Positions 52,014 to 64,000 of a stretch of DNA of 64,000 nt are shown in pieces. The stretch is from Cycas panzhihuaensis (Eukaryota > Plantae > Cycadophyta). Location: assembly GCA_023213395.1 (NCBI GenBank), contig CM041465.1, positions 141,119,741-141,183,740 of the forward strand. Direction: 5' to 3'. Under the pieces are notes generated by a model that ran no database searches, was not told where the DNA came from, and was given only the letters and a program-made list of their open reading frames with translations. Positions within the stretch are counted from its first letter, which is position 1; each line of letters begins with the position of its first letter. The translations under genes were made by a program, and so were the position numbers.

Positions 52014-55000
52014 AGGTAGTAGGGAAAAGTTAGTAAATAAGGGATTAAAGGCATAACTAAGTCTTTATATGGATACATATTAAGAAGAATAGAGGGCATA
52101 AAGTGTATTAATGAGGTGTATTAGGGAGAAGGCTAGGAGGTAGCATATATGGGGATCTAATTAAGGAATACAATATATGGATGATAGGTTAGATCAAGGA
52201 TAGATAAAAGGAATTTACATATAATCAGGATGATATTATATAGAATAAAAGGTAAATGAATTTATATATATTAGTAAACTTAGGGTTTAAGAGGGTTAAA
52301 ATGAATGAGTAGGGGATAAGAGCTAAACATTCTTTATAGGAAAGAGGTTTTGGCAAGGATATATGAAGGCGATTTGTAGAGTAATATAAAAGGATAAGGG
52401 GAAAATAAACAAAGAGGTAAGAAGGTTAGTGGTAAAGTGAGTTGGGATGTAGATGGAAAAGAGTCAATGTGTTATATAGGGGGGATGCATAATGATAGCA
52501 CTAGGGTTAAACAATTTTTAAATAGGAGTGGAAGATAAGAAATATAGAAATGGTGATAAAAGAGATTCCATAGGAAATGAGACATGAAGATGTATCTCAA
52601 GTGGAACAAGAATTTCACCTATTAGGAGTTGGACATTTAAGAATTTAGGTTTTAGTTCAGTTATAGAATCTTGGTGTATAATGAGTGAGGAAATTCTTAA
52701 GGTTATAGAATTTTAAAAATTAAGATGAATAAGAAAGCTTCTAAAAGAAATGGGCAAGTTCAAGATAAAATCTAAATTTAAAGTAAGTAACTCTTTAGAG
52801 ATGTCATGTATTTGGGATTCTTCTTTAAGATCCTCATGGGTGGGTATTCCTTCACTTAATTCATGGATGTCACTTACCTCTTTAGTATATTATTCATTGG
52901 TGAGCTTCTCATTGGATTATTCTTTAATTTGCTTTGTTAGTTATTTTATTTCATTTATCCAATCCCTTCTCTCCTCCTGAAGAGCTTCCAATTTGACTAT
53001 TACTTCTTGAATTTCATTTTGTACTCTTAATAAGGCTTACAATTAACCTCTTCTTTTGTCTTCTTCTCAATAATATTCATGAATTTTATAAAGGCTTCAT
53101 TAGTATAGTTATTCCTTTGTTTATCCTCCCACTTCTTAACCCTTTCATCAAAATCGATTCAAAAATATCTTGAAGAGAGTTGATAAAGTGCCACCCAATC
53201 AACCTTATGATAAAGTGCATTAATTTCCTATTTAATATAGCATAATAATTAGAAAAAAAAAAAGCTTTTAGGCTTATTTTAATCTTACCCAACCATTCTA
53301 TGGGTTGCCCTCCTCCATCTTTGGCAAAAATAAGAATATTAATAAGATCTTTTATAATTCTCTTATAGGATTCTATCATTTAACAACAAATTCAAACAAA
53401 TATACCACATTAAATCAACTATAAAATGAATAAAATCATAGCCCAAAATAGTGGTGTTTAAGATATAATTTCAATGGTTTAAATGGAATCAAATTCAAAT
53501 ACTTATAGCAAAAGTTATAACAAAAAGCACATAAGTACCTCCTTTGGAAAACCAAGTTGAAAATAATAAATGTTAGGGCTTCTTAGACCTTCATGGCTCT
53601 AGCCCTTAATCACTTATAGACTTCTATATAACCACTTGTTGGTAGTTAGGGGGCTAATAGACTTTGTGAAAAATAATCCAATACAACTTAATATAAATCA
53701 AAAGCTTTTGCAAATAGACTTAATATCCTTAACTAACTTGTTATCTAGTGTATTTATTTACATCATATGTCTCTAATATCTTATGAATATTGTGTTTCTG
53801 TCATCTATATTAGACATTTTATAGGTTCTATATTTATTAGTCTCCTTGGTTTTGTGTTCATAAATTATGTATTTATTAACCTCCTTGGTTTTATATTTAG
53901 TCGTGGGAATAACTAGTATGGTCTATTGATATGTGATAAAATAACCACTAATAACATGATCACTTCTCCTCTTGCTCAATGGCTTTCCATGCTAGTAAGC
54001 TTAGACTATCACTTAATAATGCTATATTATTATTTTCTTTAGTGTTAACCCTCTTACCCTTACACTTTTACATTGCCCACTCAAACTATGAATGGTTAAA
54101 TGCCTCAACTATTGTTGCTTGATTATCAACCCTTTTACTTACTCTATTAAGATCAATAATTAATGTGATTTCCCAATGCCTCTTCTCCTTTGTGGATCAC
54201 CCTTTATTTCCTTTACAATTAGTTTTATGAGTTTATTTCAATGATCCCATGTTTTAATGCTCATGAGTTTTTAATGATCTCGCTCAAATATAGATCGTAA
54301 CCCTCATTAATAATCTCACATGATCTTTAAAAATAATTTAGCACTTTGTCCTAGGGACCCAAATTTTAAGGAAATCCCTATAGATTTTTTCATAGTTATA
54401 GATTCAAGGTGTTACATGCTTATATGTACTTGAAGTCAAGTCTATCCACTATAAATCATAAATTTTAAATAATGTGATAATTCATAGACATCTCTAAGAG
54501 GTAAATAAGATGATTCAAAGTTACTAGGATTAATGCAAGCTTTGATACTAGTTAAAACATGCTTGTAATAGAAATAATAAGATATTCAACATATAATTTA
54601 TTCAACAATACCTCTAAAAGTTAGATAAATAATTCATTAATTAAATAAAAAATAAAAATTAAAATAAAATAAGCTAGAAGAAAACTAAAATAAAATGTTA
54701 GATATAACAAATTTAACCTAGGCACCAAAATAACAAAATAGGATATTAGTCCATTATATTAAAAGAATATACATGCATAGTAAGGTAGGGTTTCCCCTAT
54801 TTATAGGTGTTTAAATAGACTTCCTTTTAAAATTAGTTTAATAATAATAATAATAATCAACTTCATACTACTAATAATTGTTAAAAATATTAATTTCATT
54901 AATTATTTAAAATAGCAACTTCATTATTAGTCTTAGGATTACTATAAAGGTTCACATAACTTACGATGTAATCTGTAGTGAAGATGATAGTATAGATGAT

Positions 55001-57203
55001 GGTTTAATTTATGTTTAAGGATAGATTAAGGAGATTCCTAAATATAGTGCTTCAAATAATATTAATCAACCTAAATATGAATAGTTTGACATTAATAAAG
55101 TTGCATAATTAAAATCCTTCTAGTTATGAGAATCTACATCTAATAAAAGTCCAAAGATAGAATCAAATTCAAAGCTTGAGAAATTGTTGTTACTTTTTCC
55201 TTCATCTTTGAAGAAAAACCTTCCTAAATGGTATTTAAAAAATATGGAGGATGTTAAAAGGTTATTTCTAAACTTAGAGGGAAATTAAAAATAATAAATG
55301 CAACTTTCTGATTAGGTGAATATGGCTCTTTCGCATGTGTGTTGGATGTTGATGAACTTTATATGGTTGAAGAAGTATCCAATGAGAAGAAGTGGAATGA
55401 TACTATGGATATTGAAAACTAAGCTATTAGGAAGAACCACACCTGAGATTTAGTTGAATTCCCTATTAGAAAGCATACAATCAATTGTAAATAGATCTAT
55501 AGATAAATTTAAAACTAGACTTATAGTGAAAGGCCTCAAGAAACAAGAAGGGATTAATTACCAAGAAACATTCACTCCTATTGTAAAGATGAATACTATC
55601 TACCTCATTATGGTAATGGCTACATAATTCAATTAGAGGCTTCACTAGATAGATGTAAAAAATACATTTATAAATAGGGATTTGAGAAGTCTACATGGAG
55701 CAACCACTTGACTTTGTGAAAGAAGGTCAAGAGTGCTTTCTATACTAACTTAAGAAAGTCTTGTACTATATGAAATGAACTCCAAGAGCCAAGAATGAAA
55801 AGATTGGTTAGTACTTTTCTAAAAACAGATATGATAGATCTCTAGCTAATGTGAACTTATATATCAAAGTTTTAAATGATAAAGTTATATTTATGGTGTT
55901 GTACATTAATAACCTACTAATCATAAGTAATAATACTAATATGATATTAGACTTGAAGGTAAATCTTAATCATTTCTTCAAGATGATATATTTGGGTATT
56001 TTATACCACTTCCTTGTAGTGGAAGTATGGCAAAGGCCTAGACGTATCTTCTTCTCATAAGCAAAATACACTTGGAAATTTTTAAAGAAATTTAGAATGG
56101 TTGATTACAAGCTTATGCCTACCCTTATAGAGAAAGGTTCTAAATTGGTAAAGGAAGATGATGGAGAAGATGTTAATCTAATAATTTATAGATAACTAGT
56201 ATGCAGTCTAATATATTTGGTTACTACCAAACCTAACATTTTATTTATAGTTAAAATAATGTATAGGTTTATAGTACTGCCAAAATAGAGCCTATAGAAA
56301 TTTGTAAAAGTGATCCTTAAATACTTGAAGGGAATAATATAAGATGGAATTGAATTCATATATGATAATAACTTTAAGTTAAAAGGATTCATGGATTTTA
56401 ATTGGGCTAAATATACAAAAAGTAAAAGGTTGACTTCTAGATATTATTTTAGTTTAGGATTAACTATTGTCACTTAGAGTAATAAAAAATAATCAAAATC
56501 AAATATTACTTTGTCCTTAATTAAAGTAAAGTATAAGGCTATAGTTATGGCTACTATTGAGGCCATTTGGTTATGATAAATTCTAAAAGACATGGAACCA
56601 TACCAATTAGAACTAACCATATTGTAATAAAATAATTAGAGTATATTAAAGATTCTAAAGAATCCCATGTTCCATACTTGTACCAAATATATTGAGATGC
56701 ATCATCACTTTATTCATGATCTGATTTAGAACAAAGTGATTGAGATAGTATACAAGCCAATAGAAGAACATCTAGTTAATATTTTCACCAAGCTACTAAC
56801 ACATAATAAATTTTATACTTTCAAGGATGATTTAGGTGTCATAAAAAATGAAATAAATAATGAGGTGGAGTGATAAAGATTAATATTTATTAGGATCATA
56901 ACATATAATTATGAACCTCCTCCTTTGTTCATGTATTATTAGTTCACTATTCCAATTCTTTATAATGTGAGAATGGTAAGTCACTAGGGGTTATACCACC
57001 TTCCTTATATGTGTGGATCATAATAGAATTAATATTCCTTTTAGGTTTGTATATATACACTAATTTTTTGTAATGTAAAAAAGGAAAAGTTTAATAAGAA
57101 GAGATGATGAGATAACTTTTCAAGTTTAGTAAAATAATTTTTTTCTAAGTTTGTATGGGTCTGTTCTCTTCATATTTCTTAATCCTAGTTACTAATTTCT
57201 ACA
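51152..57203 (+). mobile_element. Old internally deleted Ty1/Copia element (RT-RNase H retained at about 55320-56850)
   Basis: LTRs 51152-51474 and 56871-57203, TSD TTGTA/TTGTC, degenerate PBS TGGCATTAGAGT, PPT GAGGTGGAG; RT VLYINNLLII and RH IFTKLL. No gag or INT recognised. Confidence 0.85.
51937..52010. repeat. (CA)n(TA)n microsatellite
   Basis: Read directly from the sequence. Confidence 0.95.
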
Positions 57204-57299
57204 TTGTCTAGTGCTCTAATACCTTTTTAAGTATACATATATACATGCATATTCATGCACATATACATACAACTAAACATATATACATAAGCATTTAAA

Positions 57300-57309
57300 T
57301 GTATGTATG

Positions 57310-57363
<54 letters not shown>

Positions 57364-57398
57364 CATACACATACATACATATACATACATACATACAC
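57300..57398. repeat. (TATG)n(TA)n(TACA)n compound microsatellite
   Basis: Read directly; the flanks are reverse complements around the TA core. Confidence 0.95.
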
Positions 57399-57667
57399 AA
57401 TATTAATGCTTTATAAGTTGAATTAACTTTATATTATCATATGCATAAGGATACATGCAAATGTAATTAGTTGTTTTTAGTATAAGTTAAATAAAATTTA
57501 TTAAATGTATAATTGTGAAAGACTATGGACACTCTAGCATGATGTCTCTTAGTCTAGGTATTATAGATAAGTCATATATGATGGAATATATGATATTTTC
57601 ATATATCTAATATTTAATATAATATTATAGACCCACATAAAATTCCATTTACAAAAGCATTGAGAGA

Positions 57668-59200
57668 TGTAATCTACATATATATTCATGTACACATAAT
57701 ATTAGATGATGAGAAGGCTTAAGAGATATTATAGGCCATTCATGAGGTGACATATATATAAATATATACACATATTACTTAAGAACTTGAGAGAAGAAAA
57801 AATGATTTGGAGATGCTATTTGTTTGATATCATAAAGAGGAATTTCCAACTCCAACCTTCTCCCATGGAGTTTTTCATACTAAGATTTCTATATATAAAT
57901 CTATTATCTCTTGTGGTGATTATTATTGCATGCTCATTGATATTATGATGATGTTTATTACTTTATAATATTCATAATATTACTTAATATGTTTATTTTA
58001 CATACATATTTTTTGTACATAATTCTCATGATATAATTAATTAATTATACATGATTAATATACTTTTTCTATGATTATGAGTACATTCCAATATGGTATC
58101 ATGATGAAATTCTAAATTATTACATGGTATTAGAGTTAAAAGACTATGAAAGATCTTATGGAGATTATTGGAGCCATGTTAAGAGTTTGGTTATTTGCCT
58201 TGTTTTGAAAGAACGTGTGAGGTAAATTGAAGCCTTTGCATAAGCCAATTAAGTAAATAGTTGAGCCAGTATAAAGTAAGTGATAGAACTAGTATAAGCT
58301 AGTACATAAGGTAATTTTGAGGAGAATTTTGATGAACCAAAAACTAATTATACTAGTGATATGACCTAGATTCTAGGGAAAGATAAAGATGATGAGAGTC
58401 ACACTAAGATGATGATAATAAAACTGATAGGTATGTTGATTACTAAATTTATATGGATATTTATTTAATCATATGGTGCACCTATATTAAGCATGCAGGC
58501 ATGAAATAAATCTACTGTATATGAAGAGATGAGAAGATGTTATTGTTGATTACATTCATCAATGTAAGTCTTCCATCTGGAGAAGTGATTGAGATTTCGT
58601 GAGACTAGACACCTCATTAAATCATAACTTGCAACAGTCAGAAGATTAAATAAGAGAAGATATTTCAAGTTCATTAGCAAAGGCTTTTGCAAGTGTCCTA
58701 GTATTGAAGTTGAAGATTCGTTAGCACTTTTGAACCATTTTAGAGGATATTATGAGCATCTCATAATTGAGATTTTCTATTGGAGTGAAGCTAGTATCTT
58801 GTCAAAGAATGAAATAGGTATTATGCCTTTATAATAAGAAACAACAAAGTGGAATTATGACAAGTATGAGAGGTATTTGATAGATAGGTATGAGGCATGT
58901 TAGCAGCATAAGTTTAAGAGGAAAGTAAAGATTGGCAGGTTTGATATGAGTGTTAAGAATAATAAAATTAGGGCATGAAATTTTATATAGTGAATATTGA
59001 CCATAAAACTAAGGTTTTCATGAAGATTATGAAAGATGGTAAAACCCATTTTGAGGTAGTAAATATTGAAGTTTATAGCACTGCATTTATATATATCCCT
59101 CTATCATTATATTATGGAATCTTGTCCATCCAATACATATAGAAGATATTCAACTATAAACCTCAAGCCATGTGCTACTGTTGGGCCCTCTACTACCATC
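57668..59200 (+). mobile_element. Degenerate LTR-element remnant (LTR end plus PBS); boundaries uncertain
   Basis: ...TTACA followed by TGGTATTAGAGT at 58125-58136; no partner LTR found. Confidence 0.45.
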
Positions 59201-60563
59201 CCCATTTTAAGGAGATTAACATGTAATCCTTACTCATAAAATATCCAAAATTTGTATGCTTTTGATAATATTTTCATCGAATATCCTCTAGTATTAATTA
59301 AGCCTTAACAAGTAACTTGATTGATGCATATGGTGTCTAAAAAATAGAAAACTAGTAATTTATGAAGAGAATGCATTGCGATTAAATGTCTATGAATAGT
59401 AATAATAAAGGGTTTTATGACAACATGACTTCCTATCTAGTGTGACCAATTATTTAGAGATTTTGTTTGCTTATAAATAATATGTGATACGTGTGTATTT
59501 TTTTCGTAAAAGGAAGAGCATAATTGGCACTCTGATTATGCCATAATCTATTATTATAGAACTCTAACACCATTATTAGAGGACCATCAATCTACCATTA
59601 TGTAAAGCCATTACATATTTCAATGAACTTGATCACCTAGCATCATGATGATTCAAATATTTACCCAAAAAATAATGAGTATATCAAATTATTTTATAGA
59701 GAAATTTGACTATTGATGAGTTTATTTGTTGTATAGAATTTTACAAGCAAAATATGATCTTATGATTAGAAAACTTATAAGTGTATTGATTGATGTAACC
59801 TGATTGGAATACAATTTGAAATTCATTGGAATGGATGGACGTCAAAATTTTATAAGTTAAAACTAATTCTTTTTGCATTATCAAAACTTGATTAAACTAA
59901 ATCAGACAAATTTTAAAATCAGTTAAAGCCCCTTTGATATAAGTGGATGGCTACATGCACTTACCACATGACCAATGGCCCATTTAGAACTCATTTTCTT
60001 AAGAATTATTCATTTTTCAATGACATACTAATTCTTTTTTAGGTATAACTTTTCATTAGAGTACTTGATTTAGATGTTATCAATTGTATTGGAAATAGAA
60101 TTTTGAGATAGCTAAAAGGAATGGCCACAAGGCATATTTTAGAAATAAGATCATAAAGATTTTAATGGGTAAAGATGAGATAAGTGATTTTGACTTTATA
60201 AAAGATTTAGTTTTTGAGCTTTTTTAGATCTGTTTTGACACCTTTTGAAGTTTTTGAAGGCTTCAAAGATTATGATGATGAGATTAATGATTATTAAATA
60301 AAGAAAAAGTAGATTTAGCTTAAAATTAAATATATAAAGGCTTATTAATGATAGTTCAAGGCTCAAAACTAATGAAAAATTGATGATGTGGGTATCTTGA
60401 TATATATGTTCGATATGATTAAAATCCCCTTTAGTATATAGGAAAAATAATGGATGGAGAACAAGGTAGAACATAAAAGAAATAATCATAAATTAATACA
60501 TTATTGTTGCATAAATAAGAATCCTTTGTATTTAATCTATTATTATGAAGAGAGTATTACAAA

Positions 60564-63500
60564 TGTCCACAATAAAGGTGGCATCTAAAAATATCAGGGT
60601 TGCTGACCCCTCAAAATATATAGTTTGGGGAAGGAGGGAAAATCCTCAACCCCTAAAATTTAAATAACAATAAAATAATAACTTAACTTAACTCAAATGA
60701 ACTTAACTCAAATTAAATCAAATCAACTTAAACTTACCTTATACATGTGTAAATTGATAAGAGTGAGGTATGCACTCTTAGTTGGAAGGTGGGAGAGGGG
60801 TGATGAGCATTAATCCCAATATTCTCCCCCTTAATGATCATCACAAATAATGTCTTCTCTTTAAACTTGTAAAATTTATACTTAAAAAAAACTTTGAAGA
60901 TTTATCTTTTGGCTTGATCGTTATTAACTATTCTCATCATTTTAGCAATATGTATATCTTTGCCATTGAATGGTGTAAAAAATATGTAGGTAAATGAAAC
61001 TTAAATAAAATGTGTATGTGTAGCTGCAACTTTGACTTTGTCAACTCGATCTTTAAGAAAACTTTGAACTTGAACTTTGTGTTGTGAATACCTGTGATAT
61101 CATTATATCCCTCCCCCTCAAATGGAGGATCAAATTCTTGTATAACAAGATGATCATGTATTTAACTCGAATCTTCCTTGGTCTTTTTATTACAATTCAC
61201 ATGTTTTGGCACCTGTCTCACATGCTCAATATCAATGTTAAATTCTTTGAGGGTATCTCCCCCATAAGTAGAAATCAAAATATCCACACAAATTTAGAAG
61301 TTGTTAGTTCACAAACTTTAAAAAGGATATCATTATTTATAGTGCAAAATAGTAAAGTTAATGCTTCATTGTCTTTTTTTATGTTTTTCTTAATACTAAC
61401 ATCATATTCATCTTATAAGTAGTTCCAAAGATCATGTGTAATAAAATACTTTTTCATAGTCTTATACCAGATTGAAAAATTATAGCCATCCACTGTAGGA
61501 AATTGTACGTGATCAAGATTGATTACCATTTTGCCAAAAAAATTTAGTATATAAAAAAGGAATATGCTTTTATTAAGTTAAAAGAAACTCAATAAATAAA
61601 TAAACTTAAATATAATTTCAAATGTAATGCCCTTAAAAAAAATATACCTTAGAAGGTGAATGTAAAGTTAATGATCTTTTCAACATGAATGAATAAAATG
61701 TCTTTCAAATAAATGAAAGACTTATAAGATCTAATTTTAGATAAAATTTAAAATAATTGCAGATCCAATTAGCTTATTACTTGCTTGATGATTAATTTCT
61801 ATTAGGATATCCTGAAAGCTCAAGTTTAGCAGCTCCAAAGTTATATCAAACAATGTCAGAATAAAGTGAAATTACATCTAATTGAAGATTAACAAAATAT
61901 GTATTCAATGGAATTGACCATTTTAAAAACAAGTTCCTACAAGTTAAGATTTGAATGAACCAAAGGTATAGACCTCCTTTTGAGGCCTAATAGAAGCCTA
62001 GAGCTCAAAATATTATAAAAATACTAATAAAAAATTATAGAACAATGTGAAATGGTCAAATGTAGTTTATAGAGCTTCTAAATATATTTTTAGTTGAAAA
62101 ATTTTGAGAAATAATATATGTAAAATATGTAATAATGATAGATTGGAGGCTATTAAGTAACTCAACTTTGATGGCTTTGAAAATTGGTAAAAACACTTGA
62201 AAACTTATAAAAAAAAATAGTTTTAGTTCAAAGAGGAGTGAGTCAGCATCCCAATGAAACTGAATTCTGATGTAAAATAGAAAAGTTATAATGAAAATGG
62301 CAACAAGTAGTTTTATGGTAAAATGTTTAAAAAATGCTAAAAAAACACTACAGTGTCACTTTGGTTGATTAAAATAATGATTAAAATAAATCTTAAAAAA
62401 TAAAATAAATATATGGTAATGAAGTTTATTGATAGTAGATGACTTCAAAATAGATCTAGGTAAAAAATAGTCTTCCACTGATAATATATAATCTGACAAA
62501 AAAGTGATTTTGTGAAAATAATTTAAAACAGCCTTAAAACTTAATGAGTGACTTTAAACTGACTGAAAATGAGTCAAATCAGCTCCAAATTAGTCATATG
62601 ACCAGTCAAAATCATACCTCAAAAAATTCTAGACCTAATGGGATAGGTTTTGTCAAAAACTGATAACTCAATGAAGAGTTATAGGAAAACGTTTCTAGGT
62701 ACCCTATGTAAAATAAAAAAGAAAAAAAATAAATAAAAAGAAAAAGATTATAAAGTTGAAAAAATTTGTTGAATTAGATAATAGAAGAGGTCACATGGGA
62801 AGGAATGTGACTAGGGGCTAATATTAAAGGGGCTTAAGTCTTTAATCATCTAGAATTTAAAATTTTATATAAAATAATTTAATTTTTAAAAACTTTATAA
62901 AAAATAAAAAAATAAAAAATAAAAAATTGAATTCTTAAAAGTTGGACTACCGTCGTTGGCATGTAGATGCTACATGTCAGCTTGTCATGTAGCGCTACTT
63001 CCATAGAGATTGCATCTGATTCACTAGGCTCTGAAGTAAATTTTAGACTAAAAATAGTACGAGATACAGGTTACAACATCAGAACCTGCTAACTATGCAG
63101 TAAATTTACATGGAAGCCAATAGAAACTACAGGTCACAAGGTTGAAACCTGCCAAAATGGATGGTAAATTTTGTGCTAAAAATAGTGGCCACTACAAGTC
63201 ACAAGGTCAAAACTGGTTGACTATCAATGGAATTTAGTTCCTAAAATAGTGAAAATACCAGTGTGTGTGCCGGTCTCATCTCATGATAAATCAAGAACCA
63301 AGAAGGTACTTAGATTCCATGTGTCAATGCATCTACTTCTTGCTTCATGAAAAAGGTGACGTTTGATGTGCTTTACTGTGTCATCCAAGAATGCTTATGA
63401 TGGCTGGTATAGAGAGGCACATTGATGGGTCAAGAGATAATAATCTTAAGAAGGATAGAATGCCTATGGTCTGGTTATACACAGCAGATCAACGGTGCAC

Positions 63501-64000
63501 TTTTAAAGGTAAAAGGATGGAGAAGGTAAACGATAAAATATGATGTTTACTTTGTATCATAGTAAAAAATAGTGAATGTCAGAAGTCTCCCTACTGTAAA
63601 TCTTTGGAAGAGTTTAAGCTGGCTTTAATGGCTCTCAATTTTTGCACGAAATCCTTTCATTAAAGCTCGAATTAAGTTTAATCTTTAGTATAAATTTGAG
63701 CATTCTTGGTTTTAGATCAAATCTGGAGCACCATAGTTTGTGTGGATTCAACATTTTCTCCTTCAAAATGGAGGAGATTTTGAGTAAAATGGATGAATTC
63801 GATGCTATAATCCTTGATAATTCATGTATGAAAATTTCTGGAGGTTTTAGATCACAATGGATCATTTAGAGCCTCCTCATATGTGTAGCTACTACAGTAT
63901 TTAACCCAAAATGATGCCACTGCTAGTACTGGAGGTAGTTCAGATTCATGAATCGAGTTTGATCTAGAAGAGATGAGGTCAGTTAGGAATCACTAAAGAA
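60564..64000 (-). mobile_element. Copia-derived element with only a gag remnant before PPT/3' LTR; continues beyond window
   Basis: PPT (reverse complement AAGGGGGAGAA) at 60822-60832 next to an LTR end. Gag KKNIKKDNEALTLLFCTINNDILFKVCELTTSKFVW at about 61285-61400 (minus). Left LTR boundary approximate. Confidence 0.65.
63036..63262 (+). repeat. About 64-bp diverged tandem repeat, about 3.5 units
   Basis: Recurring GTAAATTT...AAAATAGT...ACTACAGGTCACAAGGT..AAACCTG. Confidence 0.7.

Noticed and set aside
58480-58800. Possible antisense ORF after the PBS at 58125
   Set aside because: Multiple stops and no recognisable family.
63845-63865. IHCDLKP protein-kinase motif on the minus strand
   Set aside because: No following EN/DFG context, and another frame reads YEEALNDPL*, resembling the Copia RT start; ambiguous.

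Overview
Plant nuclear DNA, AT-rich and heavily C-to-T eroded (gymnosperm-like; the organism is an inference), made almost entirely of nested retrotransposons. It holds a decayed L1 LINE (1-5639), several Ty1/Copia elements, two old Ty3/Gypsy remnants and one fairly young Gypsy (41685-48359) inserted in exon 1 of the only host gene, a COMT-type O-methyltransferase pseudogene (41575-49758). The standout is a family of small non-autonomous LTR elements with two copies: A (19059-22633, +, LTRs differ at 1 base) and B (11354-15042, -). They share LTRs, PBS, a 5' arm ending in an A-tract and a 3' arm with a conserved foldable motif. Between the arms each carries a different mosaic of intron-less host gene fragments in element-sense orientation. 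A carries RCC1/RLD-like, At1g01500-like and XTH pieces. B carries an FHA-AAA ATPase piece that appears circularly permuted, plus an sHSP piece. A Copia leader also carries an antisense ER HSP90 (GRP94) fragment. Cargo identities come from manual translation and my recall of family motifs, not from database searches.
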